NCBI GenBank assembly: GCA_051294905.1
Contig: CM119371.1
Span: forward strand, 2,296,001 to 2,360,000
Source of the DNA: Botryllus schlosseri
Lineage: Eukaryota
Direction of reading: 5' to 3'
DNA: 64,000 bases
Part shown: positions 35,196-47,706 of the stretch, in pieces
Layout of the letters: each line of letters opens with the position of its first letter
How positions within the stretch are numbered: position 1 is the stretch's first letter
The notes under the pieces: model-generated
Told to the model about the DNA's origin: nothing
The model's input: only the letters and a program-made list of their open reading frames with translations
The model's database searches: none
Position numbers and translations under genes: made by a program

Positions 35196-36639
35196 TAGGG
35201 TTGCCCTACGTCCGGAATTTCCCGGACATGTCCGGAATTTCACTGTTAAAACTGCGTCCGGGAGGAATTTCTAAAATATGCCTAAATGTCCGGAATTTTG
35301 AAGGCTAAGCTCATAATTTTTTTCCTAAATCAACATAAACAATATTATTTTTGGGCAGATTTATGCTACATAACATTTTTATTCGCGCTGCGCGCGATTT
35401 AGTAACACACATATTGGTTTTAATATGGGGACTACCACCCTCTAAAAAACTGCGATCAAAAATAATTAAAATAACATTCATTTACAGAAATAAGTCTAAT
35501 TGTAATCGCAATTACAAGATAACGGAATATTCATTGAGTCGGTTTGGATGCTTTATTGTAGGCTTACCATATTTTGGAAATCTAAAAAGAGGACATGCAC
35601 TTTTTCAGAAAATTGAGACTTGCAAAACCGGAGAAGAATTCTCCAAAACCGGTGAATTTTTCCCACTTTGTGATCGGTTGACTAAAAAAAAGGTCATCTT
35701 TCCGCTCAGAGCTCAAAATACCGTTTTTCTCTCCGCATTGCTAGGTGGATGACTAAAAAAAACGGTCATATTTTCGCTCAGAGCTAAAATCACCGTTTTT
35801 CGCTCCGAAATACCCGCCGGAGCGTCACTTCTGTGCTAATTTACGGCATATCACTCGCAATTTGCTCTAAATCTGACCTAAATTTTCAAAAAAGAGGACA
35901 AAATCTCAAAAAACAGGACAAAAGGGCGTCCTCCGAGGACACTTTCATAAAAGTCAAAAAAGAGGACAAATCCTCTTAAAAGAGGACGTATCGTAACCCT
36001 ACTTTATTGGATGTTTTATTCTGAGATAGTGGTTCTAAACCTTGGAGTAGTTAGCCTATATTAGTTATGAGTTAGCGAAGATGTTGAACGTAATCCCCTT
36101 CCAAAATAGGCCGTGAGTAAGTCTGGGCAAATGTGCCGCCCTTTAATTAGTAATAAACGGATCAAATTTTAAGCTGGGCCACGGAACATTTTCAAATTGG
36201 AAATGGAGACGCGACCATAAAATGTTGGAAACCACCTGGTGGGTGTGCGGTGTTTATATAGCTCAGTGGTGTAGTGCGCATCGGCAGTAGGCTGATAAAT
36301 AATCATATCGGTGTGGAATGAACATGACGTTAGTCAAATTATTTAACGACCGCAGATGCATTAAGCCCCCAGAAATTGCATCGATAAACCTACAGTGGGC
36401 CCAAGATCCGTGTTTATTTTGGCGGGAGGGGGCTGAAAAAATGTGACTTCGGTCATGGTTACAACTTACAACACATACTCCTGAACCGGGTCGTGACCAC
36501 CTCTAGTCGATAGACGAAGCTTTGCTGTCGTGACGTCATATTGACCGACAGTGTGCTCACTGCTCATACCTCATTTTGATATCCGCTAGTAGGCGCTAAA
36601 AGCGTCCTGAATCTGTGTTACAAAAATATGGTAACCCTA
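35196..36639. mobile_element. hAT Blackjack-like element (TAGGGTTGCC termini) containing a second one at 35559-36001
   Basis: Outer TSD GTCTAGGC is perfect (35188-35195, 36640-36647); inner termini TAGGCTTACC / CGTAACCCTA with perfect TSD CTTTATTG. Confidence 0.88.
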
Positions 36640-38273
36640 GTCTAGGCCAGACCGGACAATGTATTCGGCGTCTGAGTGTTTCCGTTGATATTAAGCAGAG
36701 TGTAAACGGGTTTTACCCCATTAACAAGTTCTACAGCAGTGGTCAGCACTTCAATCGCAAGTATTTGCTTTTTATGATATAATAAACATATGAAATCGAG
36801 ATGAACCCCGTACTCTTGCTAGATCTATTACATCTGACACAGATATCTATTTCATTAATTGGCTGAATAAGCATCCATCGCTTTTCGGTCTTGATATTTT
36901 GTGATTGCGGGTCAAGCTCATAGTAGAGAGTCACTAAATATTGGAACAAAGCAGGTAAAAAATTTGAGATAGTCAGGGTGCTTGCTCGTTTAGTGTTGAT
37001 TTTTTGTGCTTCCAGCGCCATGCCTATAGTGGCCCGCAGTTATATTTTCATATAATTTCATATTTTTAATAATATATTTCAACTAAAGATGTTATAATGA
37101 AGTGAAAATTGTAATAAATGAAAAAGGTTCACAGTGCAGAACCTATCAAGGTTCGTTTGTGAACGTGAACCTCTAAATTTCCAAGGTTCACACACAGAAC
37201 GCGAACGTGAACCTCGCGTTCACACCATCCCTATTATCAACTATTTTGAGGCTTCGCGGACACCCAGTTGAGAACCGCTGCTCTTGAAGATCTGGATACA
37301 TGCTATCGTTTGCACAAGTACAACGCTCGACATCTATTCCGTGATCACCCATTAGAAAAAACTGCAGAAACACGTCGATTTGTTCATCCGTAAAATGTAA
37401 TCCTTCTAGTAGTAGGCTACTGCGTGGTAGGTTGGAGACCTTATGCTTCACATAGAGCTTGCAGAAGACGACATACAAATGTAACAAGGTATATATGCGG
37501 TAAAATAACCTTTTTTTTCGCGTAAGCACAAATACCACGTTCTTAGTTCACTATTGAAACTTCTTTTGCAGATGCTTGTAACTTTATTACAAGAAGCTCA
37601 ACATTACAACCAGTCGAAACCTAGGGGTTCCTTGGTCCAACATATACATCCATTAGTAAACATCATATGACAACTTTGTGTCTCACATTTCATATGAAAC
37701 AGATCAGTTTTATGCAAGTTAGCGTAGCACTTACCAAGATTTTACGGATTAACATTAGTGAATGACACTACGAATTTTAGACCACGCAAACAGCTCAGTA
37801 AACAATATCTATTTTAACGCAAGTCATCCAACTATACCGTTTGTTTATTCTGGTAGATAACCGGGAAGCACACCGGCCGACAATATGATAGAAGGCGTGT
37901 ATATTTACATCGGATGTACTATCTTTGCAAATCGTGCAATTGCCTTTATAGTGGCTCGAATATATTAGATATCCATACCGATTGATCCATCAATTTTCAA
38001 GTCCCTACTAATTATTTTATGTGATCACAAAGAATTGCAGCAACCATACATTGGAAACATGCAGTGAATTATATCAAGACAATAATTCGAGTCACTATTT
38101 CCCAGTTACTGTTTAGACTAAAACCAAATTATGGATGGAAACAGGCTTATATTCATAATAGTGCCATTGTTAGGGATGAGTATAAAATGAATAAACGATT
38201 CGGAATCGACTGCATGAACCGTATGACTCGAATCGTATAAAAATCATCGAACAACGAATAATATGGTTGTAAG

Positions 38274-38471
38274 CAATGCTCACTCTAATTTTTGAAGAGT
38301 CTGCGCACACTCACCCATTCACTGCGCACTGCGCAGACACTGGACAGCAGTCCGCAAAGACTAAAAAAGGTCATCACTTCGGATTTACTGAGCGCATCTT
38401 AAATTTTCTGTGCGGAGAGACCGTGTCAGCACTGCGCATTTGCGCACGTTCGCAGCTTAGAGGGAACATTG
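38274..38471 (-). mobile_element. Short hAT MITE, sister of 29797-29993
   Basis: Termini CAATGCTCACTCTAA / TTAGAGGGAACATTG; TSD GTTGTAAG/GTTGTAAC. Confidence 0.85.
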
Positions 38472-41400
38472 GTTGTAACCAAAGCATCGGTTTTGATTGA
38501 CATCTGTCAATAACGATAGCAATACATAATCTACTAGTGCTAGATCTGGACTGTGTCCACTACTAGAAACAATGTGATGGTTCTAAAATTTCTTAGAATT
38601 CAATACAATAGTCGCTCTTACCTCCCCAAGCATGAAGCAATTTAGGATACACGGTATGATTTCGGTACACTAGATCTCTTTATTCTCTCGAATGTTTAAC
38701 CCACTCTGTGTTCCTTAATTCGATTGACTCGCTAGGAATTCAGGTTAACGGAACATTTCGAAAGGCTGATGATTCGAATACGCCGCAATTGAATTCTGAG
38801 AATGCCTACCCTATTTTTCGTTCGTCCGATAATATCTGTATCAAACATGCTATTAAACTAACTGATGATTTACTGAGACGTCCCGCGGGGTCTATTGAAA
38901 TATGAATGCTAGTTGGACCGTGGCAATTAATTCAGTTATAAATATTTCGGGAATGCTTCTGTCAACGGATTCCGTCAGGTCGGTTCAGAACTATATTCCA
39001 AAATATCTATGTAATACAAGATTTTTGTCATTTCCTTTAGCCATCATCATTTATAGTTAAATCCGCTCTTCACGGCCTACTACATATTAGCAATACATGT
39101 TATATGACCACCAATAGAAATCAGTCGATAAAATATAGGCTTGCGCTAATCACGTGGTTACATAGTTTGATTTGTTTGTTTCCGTTGATTTCGGAAGATT
39201 ACGTAGAAGTGGGCGGGCAATTCCAAACTTTGCAGCAGAGAATGTTCACATTGCTCAGTGGCTCGCAATCCGTAATATGCAACAGCGAAGGTAAGCCTGC
39301 GACTACGGTCTGCAAACGGCCACTTTATGTGAATATTGGACCAAGCATTATCTGATTCTCTGGGCTCTAGGAATGAGGAAGAATGCATTGCAAAAATTAA
39401 ACCACCACCTGTATTTGTAATAAGCTTCTCCAAAATAGTATCCGATGTATCGCAGTATTTCATAGGCTCAGTGTATTTAAGAACAGCAGCAGAGGCCAAT
39501 CTGGGAATTTCATAAATAAACATCATTGAAAAGCTACTTTCGTGTATCAATAATTTAATAATAGATTTCATGGAGCAAAATGTTTTACTGCTAGCCTACA
39601 ATTCATCATCAATACAATGTTAAGCATATCGATGCGACTTATCAGTTATGTCATCATTAGCTTTCAGTCAGCTGACACAACAATGGTATTCGTAGTTTAG
39701 TACAGAGGTCTGAAACTCAATTTTGGCCGCGGGCCAATTCCCTAGTTTTGTTGACGCCGCGGTCCGCAGCATCAATAATACTGATATTTTATATTTTTAA
39801 GTAGGCCTGATTTGACGGGACCTTACCGACATGCATTCCACAGACATCGTGAAATTGGATTTACTATTCACGCTGACACGAAATATTTGATTACAACTGT
39901 TTTTGTGCCGGGCATAATTAAAATAATGAGTTATAAACACCATGCGGACATCATCGTGACATCGTAAAAGCTGTCGGGTTCTAATATTGGACCTAGAAGT
40001 GTCACTATTTTATGTAGAATATTTTAAAATTTACTGAAGATTTATGTGATATCAGAGCATTTGACCAGCGTAGTCTAATCCGTGATTCTGGCGTAGTCGG
40101 GATAAATAGGCTATTAGTACTGTCATTGCCAAAGTCAAAATAAATCAGCGTTAGATATTCCTTCGATTAATATTGGAACATAGAAATAGCAACTTGAATA
40201 TAATTATTGTTGTGCCATAGTAATAGCCTTGTTTCTTAACCTTTTTAATGATCGTATCCATTGTGCTTTCAATAAGATTTCTCGTAACCCCTGTCCGTTT
40301 TCGACACAATTTTGATGGTACCTTTAATAAAGTCAGAAAGTCAATTCACATAAAATCTCGCATATTGCGAATAATATTTTCCAGTTGAATAAATTGGCCC
40401 AGAAAATATTCCACAGCTTACAGGACTATTTCCACGATACAGATCGCACCCCCTGATGTGGTGCTACGTGCCCCGAAGGGGTCTGCGGAACCCTGGTTAA
40501 TAACTCATGGAATAGAAATATCCAATCCCCAATCCATTGGTGTTACAGCTGTGGAGCGTACAACTACCTTACTCGCCACCGAATATATCATGGATAAAGA
40601 GAACAAGAAACACTCAGGATGTAACCTACTATACGTCACGGGGGTCACAGAATGCCAATGGTTGTCATGCTGACCTGATTAGATAGCTATTAAGCTATAT
40701 ATCCTACGCAGCGCAAGCAATGACCTTTTGATATATTACCATTCCCCATGACAGTTCCATAGATTGTTGCGCCCGTAGGATTACCAAGTCAACGTTCCAA
40801 GTCACGCCCTTAATTTTCTGACTTTAACCTTTGACCCGACTCAACTCAAGTCATTTTTATTTATTCACGCAGTCAATCCGAAATTGAGTACGAAATGTCG
40901 CACTAAACCAAATCACAATTTTCAGTCAAGAATCATCAACGGGTCATGTTTTATCATCATGAACTAGAAATGTGACGTAGTAGCTGATCTTGTCCGCATG
41001 GTCACTTTTCAAAGTGATGTGATAGTGGAGTTTGTTGAGATTTCCTATTTTTTTAGTAGTTGTAGAGTGAACCTCAAGTTCTGAAATCTAAAAAAGATAG
41101 ATGGATCATGAATATAATGTCGAATATTTGAAATTCCAAAATACCAATGCGGGTCGCGTGTTTGAGACGCGGCTTAATTTGCATGTGTCTTGAACTAAAA
41201 GTTAATAGACACCACATACAAGTACCAAGAGATAGTTATTTTACAAAGTTTTTCAAGAAACTTTGCCGGGTGCAAGCATCTGAATTATGTGGCATCCAAG
41301 TTGGGAGAGGCGAGGTTACATTACCATAAGAAATTCGCTACAACTTTCAAATTTGAGAACGTTGTTAAACAGTGACTAGGAAAGTGTCCAATGGACGGTT

Positions 41401-42299
41401 CGCATATGGAGGGAACTGATACGAAACCCTACCTCACTATTTTATCTTGAACATATGAAATTTTATTACATGATATACCCCTATGTAACTTTAGTTTGTT
41501 AACAAACCTTCCTATGCCGTATTCGCTATCTCCAGAAGAGGATCACAAGTATTCCAACCTAGCAAAAACTCCCATCATCGACAAGTACCATCGTCAAAAT
41601 ATATAAACTTTTAAGACTGTATCATATATAATGTGTACTACAATTGCACGAAACTCAAAGATTGCGTTACATCAGTGGGCTCAACTTCCTGTGCGACTAT
41701 CGATTCAACACGTCCTTATTTCAGTTTGTAACATGAATGAGCTTGCAATTGCTAGAGTACATTATAGTGACAGTAGACTGGTCGTTTCGCGAACTGGGCA
41801 ATTCCATTGTATTGTATTGGTTTGCATTTGCTGCAAACTTAAGATGCGTCCTCGTAGCTCAACATTGGTCCAAAAATGGATCTTGCTGAACTGCAACAAT
41901 GGGGATAATTTCTAATTGATATATAGATGGTGCAACGGGATGTAGTATAAGCCATTCGCATTACATGGCATCTGATATTGCGGTTAGTATAGACACAATG
42001 CACGGGGATCGGTCAAGTGGTCTGACTAGCAATGAATTGATATTGAAATGAACCCGAATATTTTCGGCTGACACTCGTCGGGGGTAATCGTCAGCAACTA
42101 TTAGAGAATCCAAAACAACATCGGATATCAACAATTGTAGCATACATTGTATATAACTGGGGACCACCAACTCAAACGGATTGTGGGCCACTTTTAAAAA
42201 TGGGATCGGGTGCTGGTCGCATGAATTCAATATCGATATAAACTAGGCAACCACGCTTTCAAATGTATTGACATATTTTATGCGTCACTCAATTAATCC

Positions 42300-42500
42300 A
42301 AGTTTTTCAACCTCAGAAAAAGGGTCATGAAACTATTTGTTCTGATCGGATTCATATTCAATAAAGAGCAGACATTATCGACATTGAACATTTACAAGAC
42401 AAGGCTACGTTCCAATATAACTGATGTTCCCGTGCAGTCTTTGCTGAGGGTTTCTACATCCGACACGCCGCCGGAGTTTAAAAACTTTTTGACAACTTTG
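42300..42500 (+). pseudogene. hAT (Charlie/SPIN/GTF2IRD2-like) transposase C-terminal remnant
   Basis: EQTLSTLNIYKTRLRSNITDVPVQSLLRVSTSDTPPEF resembles the CEQxFSxMxxxKxxxRSxLTDxxLxxxLRI dimerisation motif. Confidence 0.7.
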
Positions 42501-42600
42501 ATCGACGACATATGTCTGATTGACGTCAACAGTTATTTAAGTAGGCTGCACTACATTGATAAATTCATTGAATACTGTTTTTGTTCTCTATGCTTTAAAC

Positions 42601-43141
42601 CAGAGGCGGGCAACATACGGCCCGCGACGGGATTCTGTCCGGCCCGCGTACAGTATCCCGTCTTACATGATAATGTGGCCGGTGGCCCCAGTCAGCAGAG
42701 AATTTTAGTGACTGTATGTTATTATACATGTGTGTGCGTAGCGTGCGAGAGTGGAGCTTACGCGTACATTCAGCGAAGCCAGAAGACTTGCGTTATCGGC
42801 ATTAACGATGTAGCCTACTCAGCCTCAAGGAATTGATATCTTGATAAATTTGGGGTACCGGGCTTATCGAACGCTTTTACTCTTAATTAAGGATTGCACC
42901 GCGTGGTAATTGATCAGAGAGAATCAGACATGGCGGTGCCTGTATGATAGTGCTGTTTTCTCGGCGAGAAATAATGGCTTTGAAGTGACATTGCTGTCGT
43001 TATAATATATTCATTCAATACGATTTATTCCTTGTATATGTGGATAAACGGGCGAATATTGTATCGATTCAGCAATCCGGTCCGCCAAGTACTGAATTTT
43101 TCTATATCCGGCCCGTCGACTGGAGAAGTTGCCCGCCCCTG
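42601..43141. mobile_element. hAT Charlie-type MITE
   Basis: Termini CAGAGGCGGGCAAC / GTTGCCCGCCCCTG; perfect TSD CTTTAAAC; a degenerate second right end follows at about 43150-43286. Confidence 0.85.
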
Positions 43142-46100
43142 CTTTAAACGCTACATTATTGAATATGATTTATTTCCTGTATAGGTGAAATAATACGCGA
43201 TTATGTATAGATTCTATAATCCGGCTCGTCAAGTAACTAATTTTCTCATATCAGGCCCGCCGACCAGAGAATTTGCCCGGCCATGTCTTAAACGGTGACA
43301 AATACAAGGTTATAACAGGAAGGTAATCTGATAACCAACTGGCCGTGACTTATCATATCATTGAAAATCCACCTTTACTACTTTAGCTGCAGTGTTTGCT
43401 GATAGGTACTGCCAGTCTGTCACCCTGTGAATTATTAACTTGACATACACCCCTTCAAATGTGCCGAAATTTTAGGTTGTTAAAACCAGTGGCGTAGCAG
43501 CCACTTGGCGGTTATGGCTTTGCGCCATGGGCGGCAGGCTCCAAGGGGGTGGCAAAATGAGACTGCATAATGTACAGAGCCCGGCCAGAAGCAGCTTATA
43601 ACTGGTAGTCCTATAGCTGATGACCCGAGATCTCAAATTCTCTATCGCACTGATTCCGAAAACTCAAATTAAAATGTGAGCATGACAATGGAACCACTCC
43701 GAAATAGCCGTCAAGACCGATTGTTCCGAAAGATCGAAGCGCCGCATCACGACGACCAATTGACCATGATAATGGAAATTGTATCGAGCGATTATTCGGA
43801 ACAATGCCGTTTTTCAGACTTGGGCGGCTATTTCGAGGTGGTGCAGTTGCCCTGACCAGACTTGGACAACTAGCTAATTTTTGTTGTCTAATTTCACTAA
43901 ATTAGAGAAAAATGTGAGTAATCTAATTCTTGTCTAATTTTTAAAAAGTTTCTATGCTCTAATGCCAATTCTAATCTAATTTGTGAAATAGTCTCATGTT
44001 CTAATTCTAATCTAATTTATTGTTTCTCGTTGTCCGCGGCATTTTGCAGCGAGTTAATAAGACTATCCCTCTACCGCAGGGAAATCCAGTGCCAAGCCAC
44101 CATCGCGTAAGTTACACCGTAGTTACAATCATAGTAATATAATTGTGACTAATATTAGCGTTAGTACAACGCCGAAGCCTATTCATCTAGTGCGGAATAG
44201 TGATGTTGGGCACAGGCGACTAGCATACTTAGAAACAACCACTATAATAATTTGAAACTGAAATCAACATTAGCATTTCAATATGCTTTACTTCACGTTC
44301 TTTTCTTTCACAATCACAAATCAGATCGCGGCCCGCATGTCGCCCGCGTCTTGGTGACTCCTGGTGAGTGCAAAGCGAGCCAAGCATGGTATACAGTGTG
44401 TTACCTATTCTCATGGTTATGGGAACGCACAGTGATTTGATATGAACTGAACTTAATTTTTGCCGTAATTATTTTTCATTCACAATTCCATGCAATTTCC
44501 GAGTGTCTTGCGAATTCAGTAATTCTAATTCTAATCTAATTTGAAAAAAATTTCTGTAGCTTTAATTCTTATTCTAATCTAATTTGGAAAAGTTGTGTAG
44601 CTTGAATTCTCATTCTAATCTAATTTGGAAAAAACGCGGTGTCATCAAAAACTAGGAAATTGGCCCGCGAGCACATTTGAGTTTGAGACCTCTGCTCTAA
44701 GCTGTGCGCGTGCGCAATTGCGCAGTGTTGACACGGTCTCTGTCTAAGCTCCGCACAAAAAGTCGGAGTGATGACCTTAGTTTTAGTCGTAACTAACTAT
44801 TGTCCAAGCGACCGCGCAGTGAGTTGGTGAGTGCGCGCAGACACGTGAAAATAAGTTGGAACAGAGGCTGGAACCCTCGAAATTATCGGTTCGGAAGCTA
44901 TAGCGCGTAGGTATAGATGATTGGTACAGAATGAATGTTCTGATGATGATGACCGCCGACCGTACAAATGCTGCAAGACGATGTAATGCTGGTTAAAGAT
45001 ATTTTTGGCCCATATATGACAGGGATTGGAAGGCTGTTTCATCAAGGAAGCTGTGTTTAGGCCTCAGTGATATTTTCATCTCTGAACATCAATCCACTAT
45101 GGCGTCAATATTGAACATGCGTGACGCCGTGACTTAAAAACATGTTTTAAACAAGGCATTGTTTCAAAAATGTTCGTTTTAAAGTGATTTTTGTTTAAAC
45201 ACAACCCTAATTATATTCCTCGTATGTTATCTCCCGACCGGTGGAAGCAATACTAAAAGTCACCTCATGGCTCTATTGGAACCCATGGCTCTAATGGTTA
45301 TAACACGGTCACTAATAACCTTCTACACCGGTGGTGGTCAAAGTAGTCATTGTTTGTACTTGAGTAGTAGTAGCATCGTAAATTTCAGCGTAATTAGGCT
45401 ACAAGTAGAAATTTGCAAGTATTCCAAGATTAGATTGGCTTGAAAGTAACACCTACTTGGACGTACTTTGTTTACTGACTTGTTATACAGCTGTCCTATT
45501 TCATAGGCCAGCGGTTTTTCAACATTCTTATTCATGCCCCAATTTAGGGAGAAAAATATCGCGCTCCCTTATCGTCATATCATAAAATGCAAGCAGAATG
45601 TTAGCAATTCAAACGGATAGTTTGGAAGCATAAAAGGTTATGACTGTTAATGAGATAATTCTCAAATATGAAATTTGGACTCTAGGCTACACTTGGTCAT
45701 AGCAACGGTTTTTTGAGTAGTTCCATTTGTAGTTCTAGTTGCTGATTTTGAAAATTGACCAGTTCTAGTTCTAGTTGCACATTTGAAATAGTATATTAGT
45801 TGCCGAGCAATTAGAAAACACGTGGCGTGGTTTTAGGCGAATTGATATGCCGGTGCTTTGATGAATGATGTTTGTGCAATGCAAAGCCATGGCTCAGAGC
45901 TATCACTTCTAGCAACGTGTGTAGCCAGCGGATGATATTTTAGGGTCAGATATTTCCGATAAAATAAAAAGTTAATGTGTTGTTGAGCTATTGATCAGGA
46001 GAATAAAATCCAGTTCTGTTGTTTCTGATACCGTTCAATGACTTTGGAGCCACTTCGTCACAGATTGGCAACTATTCTATGATAATGACAGGCAGTAAAT

Positions 46101-47445
46101 ACGTTGGCGAGCTAAGACAAAAGTTTGCGGTTTATTTGGCTTTGTACAATAAATATAATAAATTATTATAAATATCAATTGCAAGCAATGCATTAAGTGG
46201 TTAACACAAACTTCCGAAGGGGTGTGTTGGGTTAGGAAATTGGGAATTTAGAGTCAAAGTACAAATAACAGAATATTAATCCCACCTAAACATTCAAAAC
46301 ATTGGCGAACAAGAAATATTGTGAACTATTTTTAATCAGATTAACCCGTAGACACGTTATTTTATTAGGACACCAAAATGTATTTACAGCTTGGTCACTA
46401 TCACGAGCGGTATGTAGCTTGGTAAAATCGTCCTGTTGTTTTGGTAATTTCGCTGCCATGTTTTCCGAATTCGCCTTCTCGCTGCTTCAGCCGACTGATT
46501 GCGTGCTTACTGCCATTAGCCCGACTTAAATTAATCCATGTTATATCGACTGCTGATTAGCCTACGCCAGTGTACGACCATACATAGCTTCATTGATCAA
46601 TTGCTACCATCGTTAAATTTTCTTTTGTTCTTCTTTTTTAACTAACATTTCTTTACTGTTTGGAGCCAAGTGTTGACCATCAAGTTTTTATCGATCATTT
46701 CTATCTAATACCGAATACTGTGCAGTGCATGCATATTTTCTGACCCACCATCATTGGTGTCTGTTGTTATGTATTTTGGTTGGATGAAAATAAAGACTCT
46801 CTCTCAGCCACCCTTGGCACGCGTGCCAAAGGTGGCACGAAAGATAATTTCCCATGACACGATAAGTGATTTGATGTGCATTATTACAATTATATTTTAT
46901 GCAAAGATAGAAAGGAATGCTCGAAGGTGAATCTAAATTATTTCTTAAATCAACAGGAACTGGGTATTTTGGGACCCGCAGGCCGTAAAATGCCCAGGTC
47001 TGCCCTACGCTAATCTGCAAGCCTTCGGGGAACCCTTAATTTTCAGTCCGTCACAAAATAGAAGTCTAACACGTGTGTGCAACTGTGCATGCATATGATA
47101 TGTGTTATAATCTGTAGGACTTCCAGTAAAGTTACTCAGACATACATATACAAACAATCAATTTAGTTAGGCGATGGTGAACTAACTAACGGTTTTCTGA
47201 GTTATAGTTGTTATTCTAGTTGCGGATTTTGAAAATCGGGTAGTTCTAGTTATAGTTGTCAGTTTTAAAAAGTCAGTAGTCCTAGTTCTAGTTGCGCTTT
47301 TTGAAAATGCTCTATTTCACACAAGTCCGTGAATTGGCGGTAAATCGCGCGGAACGAGAAAAAAATGTTCAGTTGACCGCCTTCAGATGTTTTCATGCCG
47401 CCCAAGAGGGGCGCGTCGCTAGTTTGAGAACCACTGTCCTAGTCC

Positions 47446-47706
47446 TGTGGCGAGATAGCGCAGTAGTATAATCCGCGGCTACAACATCAATGGGTGCGGG
47501 TTCGAGTCCGACTTCCGATACCTAAGTGTTGGAGGTTTACCTAGGCTCCTCCTCGCCACCTCATCCGCGTCAGCGGTGTCTTATAAAAGCCTAGTTAGGT
47601 GGGCCGTGCTATAAGTCGGCAGTTATGGAAAAAAGAAGAATATCGGCCTGGTGTACATGACCACAGTAGTCGACAAACACCATGAGTAGCCCAAATAAAC
47701 AAACAA
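47446..47706 (+). mobile_element. tRNA-derived SINE
   Basis: A-box TAGCGCAGTAG and B-box GGTTCGAGTCC in the 5' part; (AAAC)n tail; 13-bp TSD ACTGTCCTAGTCC at 47433-47445 and 47707-47719. Confidence 0.88.

Larger units (their letters stand above)
28256..37233 (+). mobile_element. TAGGGATG (Ac-like) hAT element containing CACTA element 2
   Basis: Perfect 16-bp TIR TAGGGATGGTGTGAAC; perfect TSD TTATCAAC at 28248-28255 and 37234-37241. Confidence 0.92.
26783..37280. mobile_element. hAT Charlie-type element expanded by nested insertions (host of nest 3)
   Basis: Termini CAGTGGCTCACAAC / GTTGAGAACCGCTG; degenerate TSD CTCTAAAA/CTCTTGAA; TTCGCGGAC subterminal motif at both ends. Confidence 0.6.

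Noticed and set aside
42327..42836. 169-aa ORF as an intact gene
   Set aside because: Only the first 55 aa or so are a transposase remnant; the rest reads through into a MITE at 42601.
47446..47520. tRNA gene
   Set aside because: A and B boxes are present, but I see no convincing cloverleaf, and it is followed by a SINE body, tail and TSD.
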